A program made the translations under genes and the position numbers. The notes beneath the pieces are model-generated. The model worked only from the letters and a program-made list of their open reading frames with translations, was not told the DNA's origin and made no database searches. Source: Bacteriovoracaceae bacterium (GTDB lineage: Bacteria > Bdellovibrionota > Bacteriovoracia > Bacteriovoracales > Bacteriovoracaceae). Taken from it: a stretch of 64,000 nucleotides of DNA. The stretch is from NCBI GenBank assembly GCA_965217035.1, contig OZ244226.1:2834146-2898145 (forward strand), written 5' to 3'. Below, piece after piece: positions 11,001 through 20,390 of this stretch; position 1 is the stretch's first letter, and the number at the start of each line of letters is the position of its first letter.

Positions 11001-11462
11001 AATATTGAAATGTTAGAAGGTTTCAAGCGAATAAATAATATCAGGAATCTTGATGGACAAGAAATGTTCGATGCTGCTCATATCATAGGAGTCTTACAAT
11101 TAAAGAAATTAAGTAGTGCCTATTCTTTAATGTCAAAGAGTCAGAAGAAGTCGCTCTTAAAGAATAAACTTAGAAACCAAAGCCTTCTTTATGTTGATGT
11201 TGAGACAAGTGATGATAAGAAAGTCGCTCAATTGGCCTTCGGATTTGATGCATATGAAGGGATAAAAGAGATTCTTTCAGGAAATCTTGGAAGTCTCATT
11301 CATAAAGATCTTAAAAAAGCGATAAAAGGTGGATTTCTTAAAGGAAGTGTTTTCAAGCACCTTAAGAAGATGGGAAAAGCTTTAAAACGTGCAGATAAGA
11401 ATCTTTTTGAAGATATTAAGGATGAGGCAATTGTTCTGACTCCAAAACTAGAGCTTTTATAA
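8016..11462 (+). CDS. Large exported coiled-coil protein with GxxxG repeats and Ig/CARDB-like segment
   Basis: Signal peptide; Lys-rich heptads ~aa 40-280; GxxxG run ~aa 290-415; ND.IYQP.E...V.LKN.G..PA.N motif. Confidence 0.8.
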   Translation: MSVRFLSFLVFIISFSSFGQQAWQDRYKGDPRFKLSEDPRLRSQIQVVRGIERDQRINKEKLKANRKRKRELESFLSNLQPTITANKAKISENNKKIKEIELQLPGLKDERDQKVQKVVIKKEELKTAKQALADIIAKLQELEKKYEELKKKCETEKSKSCVEKLAKLEQKIKVNKEKKKNAKKTVDLKKNQLEKAEVAATKASEKYNKNVAKIPKLKQKNTKLKEENKKLLSQKSQKENKLRAVTSKIRSLETEKGQLQNQLARAEKHRKQIRRELINYILRSNQEGVRSASRHGSLDGSHLAEKRGNRYGLEHGRADGLNIGIQEGRAREYTAGEVKGNSDGEQKGKLDGRNQGEIDGAIAGNKKAATYEAEEKAFADASSSDAAQEGKREGAIAGKQRAISSGQSRGGEKGRNQSIKLNETSYLKKQTIKGPYAGAFSSEIPLFPSSFRGQRYKPNSHNISNDLAARAFVDGYNYEYQAAAQEAYLDIIEEVYLDRYNREFVRAKNEALSQYYQTDYDQGYSTKYTPAYNRKYKEHYAIHFEQKKKEFTRSPNRSSSEYKSTYQRVYDESYNADYSNIKKMAYDRYEQRTFDANIKAQTEKYRVISFNKTQNIYKTKPVLKFEKIEYQDGGVRGVAANDEIYQPSEKIIGTIVLKNFGKAPARNLKIKLLSGKTERVMVPPRTEVTLQSVVAATVPSSQGIGSSLKVKGSITLDGVTGVAARHFKGSSSHSLKDINSLLEVDYPVGISAPEFLSQVEIDQPNKLVSQLVQKGSRGYQGQLEIELISRGASSAEVRPFMSLSSLKGTQSIQGASVQVSLEDSLKEVDVYAVLKKNGVTLGQSKIKSAIIHAPYKDKGVLPVIAVQPSKDRNEALDLIAAIGGIDKISLLDLESVKNTKILKQTIDEKDIITLSVYTELSAIIEKSKKLGVILISDSTGIKEMKELTALKEKSLALRVRDKQVLVSEKVDTVIQKVDMSELNKALAFSKILKKSNIEMLEGFKRINNIRNLDGQEMFDAAHIIGVLQLKKLSSAYSLMSKSQKKSLLKNKLRNQSLLYVDVETSDDKKVAQLAFGFDAYEGIKEILSGNLGSLIHKDLKKAIKGGFLKGSVFKHLKKMGKALKRADKNLFEDIKDEAIVLTPKLELL

Positions 11463-11483
11463 AGAAAAGATTATAAAGAGATC

Positions 11484-12137
11484 ATGAAGAAAATTATCTT
11501 ATTTCTGAGTATGATCTCTTTTTCTTTGAAAGCTGAGTCTATCAAAGTTGCTCTTATTGATACTAATTTTTGTCCTGAAGTGGGGATAAAAATAAAAGAT
11601 CGATCGGAACCTTCTTTAAAGTTAAAGAAAGGTTGCCGAACTCATGGGCAAAAGATTTTGGAAAAAGTTTTGGAAGAAAAACTACCCATCTCTATCGAAC
11701 TTTATTCTGTTTTTGATCCAACTGGGCAACAAAAAAGAGAGTATTGGGAAAAAGCATTAAGGAAATATAATCAAAAATACTATGACCTTACTTTAATGGC
11801 GATAGGGACAGAATTAAAATTTAATGATCTTGTGCTTAAAAATTTCTTGAAAACGAAGGGAAAAAAAATAGTCGCTGCAGGACAGGCTGGTAGGGGAATT
11901 GAGAGGGGAGAGGCTCTTTTCCCTCAACGCTATTATCTGCAAGACAATATTATTCTAGTTGGTGGATACCGACTCACTAAAAGAGGGAAAAAGTTATTAC
12001 CCCAAACGCAGTTTTTTAACGAGAAATTAGAAGTGATTCAAGAGATTCGTACTCAAAATGGACTTGGTGGAAGCTCTCAAGTCGCTCTCAATTACTTTAT
12101 CTCGCAGATTAAAGAACTCCAAAAACTAAACCGATAA
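11484..12137 (+). CDS. Small exported subtilase (S8)-like protein
   Basis: VALIDT, THG..I, VAAGQ, GGSSQVA in Asp-His-Ser order; only 217 aa. Confidence 0.6.
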   Translation: MKKIILFLSMISFSLKAESIKVALIDTNFCPEVGIKIKDRSEPSLKLKKGCRTHGQKILEKVLEEKLPISIELYSVFDPTGQQKREYWEKALRKYNQKYYDLTLMAIGTELKFNDLVLKNFLKTKGKKIVAAGQAGRGIERGEALFPQRYYLQDNIILVGGYRLTKRGKKLLPQTQFFNEKLEVIQEIRTQNGLGGSSQVALNYFISQIKELQKLNR

Positions 12138-12144
12138 ATGAATT

Positions 12145-12387
12145 ATGAATGCTAAGTATTATGTCGTAAAGAAAGATAATGTGGTTCAAGAAGCAAAAAA
12201 CCTTTTTGATTATGTTGTCATGAAATTAGGCTTAGAATCAGTGCTTGAATTTCTTGTGAGTTTTCTCAAGAGAATGCTTAAAGAGGTCACTTCGCTTCAA
12301 CAAGTCGAAGCTATCAGAGAATTTATTGATAAAACTTTTGTTAGAATTGTTGTGTTTCTCGATCATCTTCAGCTTGGGAAAGCTTAA
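12145..12387 (+). CDS. Small hypothetical protein
   Basis: 80-aa ORF, 7 bp after upstream stop. Confidence 0.55.
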   Translation: MNAKYYVVKKDNVVQEAKNLFDYVVMKLGLESVLEFLVSFLKRMLKEVTSLQQVEAIREFIDKTFVRIVVFLDHLQLGKA

Positions 12388-12402
12388 GTTCATAAGTAAG
12401 AA

Positions 12403-13824
12403 CTATTCAACTCTACGTAGCTCATTGTTTAATTTTCTAATCTCTTTGTTGATGATTTCTTTCATCAGTTCATCTTTTTCTGAAGCATACCTATCTTCTA
12501 AATCTTGAATACTGTCTTTAAGAGTCATTACGTAAAGTTTTCTCTTTTGCTCATTTTTCTTATTGCCTGGAATCACCTTAAATCCCATCCAAACTTTTAA
12601 TCTATTTCTTGTAAAAGTTGTTGGATCATCCAATCCTTTATCCTCTAATACAGCTTCTTCAGTAAACTCAGTTTTATCAAGCAGGTTTCGAGAGTGACTA
12701 ACACCTGTTTCAAAGTTAAAGCTGCCTCCATTTTTACCCTTAAGGTCGAGACCTACAGCTGCTCCTCCTCCTATCCATAATGCCGCATTCGATTTTTTCC
12801 CATAAGTAATAGTTTCAACACCTGGGTTTGCCATTATTTTGAGGTAAGGTCCTCTATTTCTTTGATCCGGATAGATCTTAGTTTCTAGATTGCTGTTTAA
12901 GCTTGCGGTTCCTCTGAATTTTCCTCCCTCAATACCTGCCTCTATTCTCGCGTTATGTTCTAGTTTGACATCGAGGTGTTGGTAAGCTTTATCGAGGCTG
13001 ACAAACTTGGCCTCTCCTATAATCCCTCCTCCAAACTTAGAGTATCTTGATAATTCTTCAGGAGTAACGTCTTCATATATAACTGAACTTGTTTTTTGGT
13101 GCCACCAATTTTGAGTTTTAGACCCAAAAGAGTCAGAACCTCTTTTAAGTTGGGAGATATAAGCTCCTAGCCCAAGTTGAAGTTCATTTGTATGCCACCA
13201 TTTATAAACTCCCTCAAGTTGAATTCTCTCTAGAGATCTTTGTTGTAAATCAGCATCTCCCTGAGAGCTCACTCCAACAATATCCGTAAATAAAGCAGAG
13301 CTTAAATTCGTCATTATGGTTCCGCCGTTATTTAAAAAAATTGCAAAACCACAAGTGTGCTTCGCTGTCGCTCCTTCATCAACTCCAACATCTTTGATGT
13401 CTTTAGTCATTAAGCCCCAGACGCTATTATCATTTTCAGTGGTGCAATACAGACCAACGCCTGATCTGTTTTTATAATTGGCCCTCAATTCATTCATTTT
13501 ATTCTCAAAGTTACTAATTGCAACTTCGCAGAATTCAGTTACTTCAGTAGACTTGATTTTTTGCTTTTTTTCTAATTCTCTCGCTATATTACACCGTTGG
13601 TACTTATCAATTAGATCGGCCATTGCATCGACTTCTTTCCCCATAGTTCCGACAGGATCTATATTTGTAGCAATCTTTGATTCACAATCTAATGTTCTTA
13701 CAGAACCAAATTTAGGAGCTATATCTAAAACGTTTAATTCAAGATTAAACTTTTGATACCGTAGATCTTTGGCATGAACTATCGAATTGAAGATCAAAGG
13801 AATTCCAATTAGAATTTTTATCAT
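12403..13824 (-). CDS. Exported, probably outer-membrane beta-barrel protein; weakly LpxR-like
   Basis: Signal peptide, amphipathic beta pattern, END...HT.G...QNWWH motifs. Confidence 0.55.
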   Translation of the reverse strand: MIKILIGIPLIFNSIVHAKDLRYQKFNLELNVLDIAPKFGSVRTLDCESKIATNIDPVGTMGKEVDAMADLIDKYQRCNIARELEKKQKIKSTEVTEFCEVAISNFENKMNELRANYKNRSGVGLYCTTENDNSVWGLMTKDIKDVGVDEGATAKHTCGFAIFLNNGGTIMTNLSSALFTDIVGVSSQGDADLQQRSLERIQLEGVYKWWHTNELQLGLGAYISQLKRGSDSFGSKTQNWWHQKTSSVIYEDVTPEELSRYSKFGGGIIGEAKFVSLDKAYQHLDVKLEHNARIEAGIEGGKFRGTASLNSNLETKIYPDQRNRGPYLKIMANPGVETITYGKKSNAALWIGGGAAVGLDLKGKNGGSFNFETGVSHSRNLLDKTEFTEEAVLEDKGLDDPTTFTRNRLKVWMGFKVIPGNKKNEQKRKLYVMTLKDSIQDLEDRYASEKDELMKEIINKEIRKLNNELRRVE

Positions 13825-13831
13825 ATTTATA

Positions 13832-13858
13832 GTATCGGTTGTTTTGGCTCGAGCATTA
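13832..13858 (-). promoter_or_regulatory. Putative sigma28 (FliA) promoter
   Basis: Minus strand TAAT-N15-ACCGATAC, 7 nt before the ATG. Confidence 0.5.
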
Positions 13859-13895
13859 AAGAAAACTTAAACTTCTATAAAGTCTTTGAAACGAA

Positions 13896-14201
13896 TTAGC
13901 GTAGTCTTTTTAATGACTTAGAATTGACAGGAGTCTTTTGATCGGTTTTTACATCCTTGAATATCGAGTCAAGGTCCATGACTTCAGCTTTTTGGGCCAT
14001 CTCTTTAGGCTTTTCTTGAGGTCGATTTCTATTCAAAATATCAGCAAGAGTGAGAACTCTTTTTTGCTTTTTTGAGGATTTTTTCGAGGTCTGAATTTCA
14101 GACCGGAACTCTTCTAATTCTTTAACGAGAGAGCTTGCCTCTTGAACGGAATAATTTCCGAATGCCGAGATCGAGAAAAAGAGAATCGTGATTCCTTTCA
14201 T
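13896..14201 (-). CDS. Small exported hypothetical protein
   Basis: 101 aa with short signal peptide. Confidence 0.6.
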   Translation of the reverse strand: MKGITILFFSISAFGNYSVQEASSLVKELEEFRSEIQTSKKSSKKQKRVLTLADILNRNRPQEKPKEMAQKAEVMDLDSIFKDVKTDQKTPVNSKSLKRLR

Positions 14202-14260
14202 ATCTAAATGATAGGAGAAAATGGTCTTTAGTTCAATGTCGTGCTATAAATCCGATCATT

Positions 14261-15295
14261 ATGAATTTAGACCTCAACCTCGATTCTTATGATTTTGAGT
14301 TACCAGAAGAGTTGATTGCTCAGACTCCTAACCCTTCGCGCCATGGATCGCGACTTTTAGTCTATCATGAAGAGTCAGGGGAGATAACTCATTCTCATTT
14401 TTTCGAGCTACCTCAGTTTTTAAAGAGCGACGACACTTTGGTTTTTAATCAGTCTCAGGTTTTTCCTTGCCGTCTTAAAGCAACAAAAACTTCTGGCGGA
14501 AAAGCTGAGCTTTTCTTTTTAAGTTTAAGTCCTAATCAATCAGGGTTTTTCCCCTGCATGATTCGTTCTAATGGAAAGAAAGATATTGGAGATGAGTTTC
14601 AGCTAGGTGAGTTCATTGCAAGGATAGAGTCGACGGATGGACAGACTTTTGAAGTTTCTTTACCTGAAAGTTTAAAGCTTGAAACTTATCTTGAAAAAAA
14701 TGGTCACATTCCCATTCCTCCTTATATCAGAAAAGGTGAGGATAGAGAGGAAGATCGAAAAAGCTATCAAACGACTTTTGCAAAAATTAAAGGATCGACG
14801 GCGGCACCAACAGCTGGGCTTCATTTTTCAGAAGAACTTTTAGAAAAAATTCCAAACAAAGCTTTTGTGACTCTTCATGTCGGACTCGGAACTTTTAAAC
14901 CAGTAACTTCTGAAAATATTCTTAATCATAAAATGCATTCGGAACAATTCTTTGTTGATCAAAATAATCTTAAAAAACTCAATCATTCAAAAAATCGTAT
15001 TGCCGTAGGAACAACTTCGCTCCGAGTTTTAGAATCACTTTACGATGAAAACTTTCCTGACATGGAAGATTGGGCATCGACAGATATCTTTCTCCATCCA
15101 GGAAAAGAAGTGAAAAGTATTCAAGGTCTTATTACAAATTTTCATCTTCCTAAGTCGAGTTTAATTATGTTGGTTAGTTCATTGATTGGGCGAGAGAAAA
15201 CTTTGGAACTTTATAGAGAAGCTGTGAAAGAAAAATACCGTTTTTTCTCTTATGGTGATGGGATGCTTATCCTGAGAAAAGGATGGAATTCATGA
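14261..15295 (+). CDS. queA: SAM:tRNA ribosyltransferase-isomerase
   Basis: YDFELPEELIAQ.P, IPPYI, YQT.FA, AAPTAGLHF, LHVGLGTF.PV, TNFHLPKS, YRFFSYGD. Confidence 0.97.
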   Translation: MNLDLNLDSYDFELPEELIAQTPNPSRHGSRLLVYHEESGEITHSHFFELPQFLKSDDTLVFNQSQVFPCRLKATKTSGGKAELFFLSLSPNQSGFFPCMIRSNGKKDIGDEFQLGEFIARIESTDGQTFEVSLPESLKLETYLEKNGHIPIPPYIRKGEDREEDRKSYQTTFAKIKGSTAAPTAGLHFSEELLEKIPNKAFVTLHVGLGTFKPVTSENILNHKMHSEQFFVDQNNLKKLNHSKNRIAVGTTSLRVLESLYDENFPDMEDWASTDIFLHPGKEVKSIQGLITNFHLPKSSLIMLVSSLIGREKTLELYREAVKEKYRFFSYGDGMLILRKGWNS

Positions 15296-16395
15296 GCTTC
15301 TTTCAATTAAAAGCAACTTCGGGTAAGGCCCGTGCTGGTGTCATTCAAACTTCGAAGGGAGAAATTCAAACCCCTGTTTTTATGCCAGTTGGGACGAGAG
15401 CAGCGATTAAAACATTAACGACTGATGATATTGAGTCATTGAATGCTCAGATCATTCTTGGAAACACTTATCATCTTTTTATTCGCCCAGGTCATGAGTT
15501 GATCGAAAAACTTGGTGGTCTTCATAAATTTATGACTTGGGAAAAGCCGATCTTAACTGACTCTGGTGGATTTCAAGTCTTTTCACTTTCAGGGTTAAAT
15601 AAGATTACAGAGGATGGTGTTTGGTTTTCTTCTCATGTCGACGGAGCAAAACATTTTATCGGTCCTAAAGAATCGATGGCGATTCAAAAGTCACTTGGGG
15701 CGGATATCGTAATGGCCTTTGATGATTGTCCGGCACTTCCAGCGACAGATAAACAATTAGAGGAAGCACTTGATCGGACTCATCGTTGGGCAAAAATCTG
15801 TCGTGATTATGAACTCCAACCTCATCAAAACCTTTTTGGAATTGTTCAAGGGGGATTGAGTTTAGAAAAAAGAAAAGAATCATTAGCTGCACTTGAAGAA
15901 CTGAATTTTCCAGGTCTTGCGATCGGTGGTCTCTCGGTTGGCGAAAAAAATGATGAGATGCGGGCTTTGCTTGAAGACTTTACTCATCAAATGCCTGATC
16001 AAAAACCGCGCTACCTGATGGGAGTCGGGAAGCCTCTTGATATTCTTCATGCCATTAAAGAAGGCGTGGATATGTTTGATTGTGTGCTTCCGACCAGGAA
16101 CGCACGAAACGGTCAATTCTTAACCAGTCGTGGTCCTATTAATATAAAAAATGGAAAATATAAGGAAGACCAAGGCCCTCCTGATCCCGATTGTGATTGT
16201 CGAGTTTGTAAGCGTTACTCTCGGGCCTATATCAGGCATCTCTATACAGTGGGTGAGTATACGGCCGGACAGATGATTACGTATCACAATCTCCATTTCT
16301 ATTTACGGCTAGTTGAGCGTGCGAGGGAAGCAATCCTCGAAAATCGATTTGACGAGTTCTATGACGAGACTTATAAATTGTTTAGTCAATCTTAA
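15292..16395 (+). CDS. tgt: tRNA-guanine transglycosylase
   Basis: TPVFMPVGT, GNTYHL, TDSGGFQVFSL, IVQGG, DMFDCVLPTRNARNG, CxCxxC; ATGA overlap with queA. Confidence 0.97.
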   Translation: MSFFQLKATSGKARAGVIQTSKGEIQTPVFMPVGTRAAIKTLTTDDIESLNAQIILGNTYHLFIRPGHELIEKLGGLHKFMTWEKPILTDSGGFQVFSLSGLNKITEDGVWFSSHVDGAKHFIGPKESMAIQKSLGADIVMAFDDCPALPATDKQLEEALDRTHRWAKICRDYELQPHQNLFGIVQGGLSLEKRKESLAALEELNFPGLAIGGLSVGEKNDEMRALLEDFTHQMPDQKPRYLMGVGKPLDILHAIKEGVDMFDCVLPTRNARNGQFLTSRGPINIKNGKYKEDQGPPDPDCDCRVCKRYSRAYIRHLYTVGEYTAGQMITYHNLHFYLRLVERAREAILENRFDEFYDETYKLFSQS

Positions 16396-16404
16396 GGAGA
16401 ACCC

Positions 16405-16749
16405 ATGATCTTTTCTAACGCAATTGCCCAAGAAGCAGCGGCTCAAGCAGCATCACCTGCAGCTCAACAAAGTCCATTGATGTCTTTCGTTCCTTTTATT
16501 CTTATTTTTCTCGTTTTCTATTTTTTACTCATCAAACCTCAAAAAAAGCGTCTACAGGAAGAGCAAACCTTCAATCAAGGGATGCAAAAAGGCGATGAGA
16601 TCTATACAAAATCTGGAGTTATCGGAACCATTGCCGGTATCACTGAAAAAGTTGTGACTCTTGAGATAAGTGAAGGTGTTAAGATTAAGCTTCTTCGCTC
16701 TCAGGTTGCAGGATCTGCGAAAAACATCTTTAGTTCTGAGAAGAAATAA
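16405..16749 (+). CDS. yajC: Preprotein translocase subunit YajC
   Basis: FYFLLIKPQKKR, KGD.I.T..G..G; between tgt and secD. Confidence 0.93.
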   Translation: MIFSNAIAQEAAAQAASPAAQQSPLMSFVPFILIFLVFYFLLIKPQKKRLQEEQTFNQGMQKGDEIYTKSGVIGTIAGITEKVVTLEISEGVKIKLLRSQVAGSAKNIFSSEKK

Positions 16750-16800
16750 ACTACCATAAAGCGTTGAAATTACTAACGGACTAAAGGATAGGTGAGAGAC

Positions 16801-17076
16801 ATGTTTGGTCTCGGAATCTTCGAAATAATCATTATTTTATTTGTGGCCTTGATTTTTATTGGGCCTAAGAAACTTCCTGAAGTCGCAAAAAACCTAGGTA
16901 AAGGTTTAAGAGACTTCCAAAATGCCGTGAAGGGAATTTCTGATCCTTCTAATTACCAACCTCCAGTTGATGAACCTGATGGAAATCATGATGATGATCC
17001 TGATGGTCGTCATGAAGAAACAGTTATAACAACAACAGCAACGCACACAGAAGATAAAGATAAAAAGGAATCCTAA
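16801..17076 (+). CDS. tatA: Twin-arginine translocase TatA/E-family subunit
   Basis: MFGLG..EI.II..VALIF.GPKKLPE.AK.LGKGLRDF. Confidence 0.85.
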   Translation: MFGLGIFEIIIILFVALIFIGPKKLPEVAKNLGKGLRDFQNAVKGISDPSNYQPPVDEPDGNHDDDPDGRHEETVITTTATHTEDKDKKES

Positions 17077-18782
17077 TGAAACGTAATTGGTGGTATCGAT
17101 TTTTGTTTATGCTCTTCGTACTTGTTCTTTCAGGTATGACCGTAGCACCAACACTACTCAATCTTAAAGAAGAGGGCTCATTCCCTTTCAAGTCTAAGAT
17201 CAATCTTGGTCTCGACTTACAAGGTGGTCTCTACATTGTTCTTGGAATTGATTTTAACAAAGTCTATGAGGACGAAGTTAAAACTCAAGGGAACAGAATT
17301 ATTAATTATTTAAAGGACGAGGGAATAACAGCTAAGCTTGGTAATGTTGATAAATCGGATATTACTGATCCTAAAATCGAAATCCTTTTTAATAATACTT
17401 CCGATCTTACTAGTTCTAAAGATAAAATTCGTGAGAATTTCAGCTATTATCTAAGACTTACAAAAGAAACTGGAAATATTGTTGAGTACGGTGTGAACAA
17501 TGCGCTTAAAGCAGAACTCGAATCAACAGCGGTTACAAAATCAATTGAGGTCATTCGAAACAGAATTGATGAATTTGGTGTTACAGAACCAGAAATTGTT
17601 TCTCAAGGAAGTGACAGGATCGTGGTTCAACTTCCTGGTGTTAAAGATATTGATCGAGCGAAAGAACTCATCGGTAAAACGGCCAAACTTGAATTCAAAC
17701 TTGTTAATGAAGAAGTTTCTCAGGGAGAAATTGTTGGATGGCTTGATAAAGCGAAAGCAGAAGGTATTGAATTCAAGAAAGGTGATCGATTTTCTGATTA
17801 CTTAACAAAGCTTAATACATTTTTAAAAGCTGATATCCCTAAGGGATATGAAATGGTTTTTGAAAAGAAGATTAATCCGAATACAAATGAAGTCTCATTA
17901 GAACGGGCCCTTGTTGTTGAAGTTAATAATGATCTTTCTGGGGATGACCTTCAAGATGCTCGAGTGAGTGTGAATCAGCAAAGCAATGAGCCTTATGTTG
18001 GGATTGAGTTTAAATCAAAGGCAGCTGGAAAATTTGAAAAACTTTCAGGTGATAATGTTGGAAAGAGAATGGCGATTATTCTCGATGGTAACGTTTATTC
18101 CGATCCAGTCTTCAGAGAAAGAATTGCAGGTGGTTCCGCCAGCATTTCTTTAGGGGCTGGTGGGTATGAGCAACTCTTTAAACAAGCTTCTGACCTTGCT
18201 CTTGTCCTTCGTGCCGGTGCTCTTCCAGTTGAACTTGAGTTTCAAGAGCAAAGAATTGTTGGTCCGAGTTTAGGAGCTGATTCAATCGAGAAATCTAAAT
18301 TTGCAGGCCTCGTTGGAACGGCCTTAGTTTTTCTTTTTATTCTTATCTACTACAAAATGTCTGGGGCCATTGCGATTTTTACGCTTGCGCTTAATATTTT
18401 AATTGTTCTTGGATGTCTCGTTGGTCTTGAAGCGACGTTAACGCTTCCAGGAATCGCTGGTATCGCTCTTACAGTTGGTATGGCGGTTGATGCTAATATT
18501 ATTATCTTTGAGAGAATTAAAGAAGAAATTGCAGTAGGGGCTTCAGCGAGACCAGCTGTTGAGGCTGGATTTGGAAAAGCTTTTTGGACGATTCTTGATG
18601 CAAACCTTACGACGGCCGTTGCAGGGATAGCCCTTCTTAATTTCGGAACAGGTCCTATTAGAGGTTTCGCCGTTACATTATTAATTGGAATTTTTGCAAC
18701 AATTTATTGTTCTTACTTCGTAGGAAAATTATTGTTCGAGTTTTATATGGAAAAAGTTAAAGGACAAAAGGTTCAGATATGA
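17076..18782 (+). CDS. secD: Protein translocase subunit SecD
   Basis: LGLDLQGG, IRNRIDEFGVTEP, VQLPG, LRAGALP, TLTLPGIAG, MAVDANIIIFERI. Confidence 0.97.
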   Translation: MKRNWWYRFLFMLFVLVLSGMTVAPTLLNLKEEGSFPFKSKINLGLDLQGGLYIVLGIDFNKVYEDEVKTQGNRIINYLKDEGITAKLGNVDKSDITDPKIEILFNNTSDLTSSKDKIRENFSYYLRLTKETGNIVEYGVNNALKAELESTAVTKSIEVIRNRIDEFGVTEPEIVSQGSDRIVVQLPGVKDIDRAKELIGKTAKLEFKLVNEEVSQGEIVGWLDKAKAEGIEFKKGDRFSDYLTKLNTFLKADIPKGYEMVFEKKINPNTNEVSLERALVVEVNNDLSGDDLQDARVSVNQQSNEPYVGIEFKSKAAGKFEKLSGDNVGKRMAIILDGNVYSDPVFRERIAGGSASISLGAGGYEQLFKQASDLALVLRAGALPVELEFQEQRIVGPSLGADSIEKSKFAGLVGTALVFLFILIYYKMSGAIAIFTLALNILIVLGCLVGLEATLTLPGIAGIALTVGMAVDANIIIFERIKEEIAVGASARPAVEAGFGKAFWTILDANLTTAVAGIALLNFGTGPIRGFAVTLLIGIFATIYCSYFVGKLLFEFYMEKVKGQKVQI

Positions 18783-19678
18783 GTGAAGTAAAAACAAAAT
18801 TTAATATTCCTTTCGTTTCAATGTTTAAAGGAACAGTTGTTCTTTCAATTATTCTTGTCGTTGGATCAATTGCTATTTTGGCTCAAAAGGGTCTCAACTT
18901 TGGAGTTGATTTCAGAGGGGGAGCGGAAGTCCAGGTTAAATTTACTGAATCGATTAACGTTACAGATATTCGATCAGCAATCGCAAAAACCAAAATCAAT
19001 GTTTCTCAAGTCCAAGGAATTGGGGAACCAACTGATAACGAATTTCTTATTAAGGTTGCGGCCACAAAAGATGATATTAACAAAATCACTGGAGTGATTA
19101 CGACGGCATTAAAGACTGATTTTGCTAATCAAGGTGTTGAAATCAGAAAAACTGATATCGTTGGTCCTAAAGCAGGAAAGCAACTTCAAGTTTCTGGTCT
19201 TTATGCTATGTTAATCGCGCTTGGAGCGATTCTTATCTATATCGGCTTAAGATTTGATTTCAAATATGCTCCGGGGGCAGTTGTTGCTCTTTTTCATGAC
19301 GTTCTTATTATTGTGGGAATCTTTGCTCTTACAGGACGAGAGTTTGGTCTTCAAATTGTAGGTGCTCTTCTTGCAGTCATTGGTTATTCCGTTAACGATA
19401 CTGTTGTTGTCTATGACCGAGTTCGTGAACATGAAGAACGAGGAGGAGTTAACGGAGTCCTCAAGAGATTTATTGACCGTGCTCTTAATGAAACTCTTGC
19501 GAGAACAATTTGGACATCAGCAACAACAATGTTTGTAGCGATGGCAATGTTTCTTTACGGTGGTGGAATCATTCATGATTTCTTTTTCGCTATCGTTTTA
19601 GGAGTTCTTATCGGAACTTATTCCTCACTTTTTGTGGCGGCACCGACGGTGTTGTTTTTTGCTAAGTTCCAGAAATAA
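18779..19678 (+). CDS. secF: Protein translocase subunit SecF
   Basis: GVDFRGG, HDV, GYSVNDTVVVYDRVRE, GTYSS. Confidence 0.97.
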   Translation: MSEVKTKFNIPFVSMFKGTVVLSIILVVGSIAILAQKGLNFGVDFRGGAEVQVKFTESINVTDIRSAIAKTKINVSQVQGIGEPTDNEFLIKVAATKDDINKITGVITTALKTDFANQGVEIRKTDIVGPKAGKQLQVSGLYAMLIALGAILIYIGLRFDFKYAPGAVVALFHDVLIIVGIFALTGREFGLQIVGALLAVIGYSVNDTVVVYDRVREHEERGGVNGVLKRFIDRALNETLARTIWTSATTMFVAMAMFLYGGGIIHDFFFAIVLGVLIGTYSSLFVAAPTVLFFAKFQK

Positions 19679-19703
19679 TTTCTGAAACTTTAGAGGTCAG
19701 TGG

Positions 19704-20390
19704 ATGATAAGGATTTTGTCCCTCCTTTTTATTTTAAGCCTCCCAGCTTTTTCAGAAGAGCTGGGGCTTAAAAATGTAACTCCTGAAGATCAAATCATTA
19801 TCAATCAAAACCTCAATACGCTTTACGAAGTCAAATCGAAGCTTACTGAAGAACAATTTCAAGCTCTTTATGATTCAGGAAACATGATTAGACTTCTTAG
19901 GACTCAACCTCATTCGATTCAACGAAATGAATCTTCATTTGATCGAATTGTGAACTCAGAGCTCATGAGAACAATCGAGAATAATCCTTATACTGGTCAA
20001 GATCCAAAGGTTATTATTGAGATGATTGAGGAGCGATCACGTGGGACTCAAATGGAGGCCATATTTCAGAGGATACCTAGGGCTAAAATTTTTATGGCAC
20101 ATTGGATGACTCATGAAAATGCAATGCCTAAGTTTTTTAGAGTTATTAAAAAGAAAAAACAACTCATTAATGTCGGAATTTTTTCCGTTATTATCTTTCT
20201 TGTTATGCTTTATTTGATCGAAAAATGGACGGCAAGAGAGCCTTATATGTTTGTTCGAATTTTTAAAAGATGGATCGGAAGAGTTGCTAGTTTCTGGATG
20301 TGTTTGGGGCTTTTCTATTTTGTTTTTAAAAAAGATATCGGTCCTACATGGCAATTAGTAAAACAATATATATTTTCTACGGAGATTTAG
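19704..20390 (+). CDS. Hypothetical membrane protein
   Basis: Signal peptide plus two C-terminal hydrophobic helices. Confidence 0.7.
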   Translation: MIRILSLLFILSLPAFSEELGLKNVTPEDQIIINQNLNTLYEVKSKLTEEQFQALYDSGNMIRLLRTQPHSIQRNESSFDRIVNSELMRTIENNPYTGQDPKVIIEMIEERSRGTQMEAIFQRIPRAKIFMAHWMTHENAMPKFFRVIKKKKQLINVGIFSVIIFLVMLYLIEKWTAREPYMFVRIFKRWIGRVASFWMCLGLFYFVFKKDIGPTWQLVKQYIFSTEI

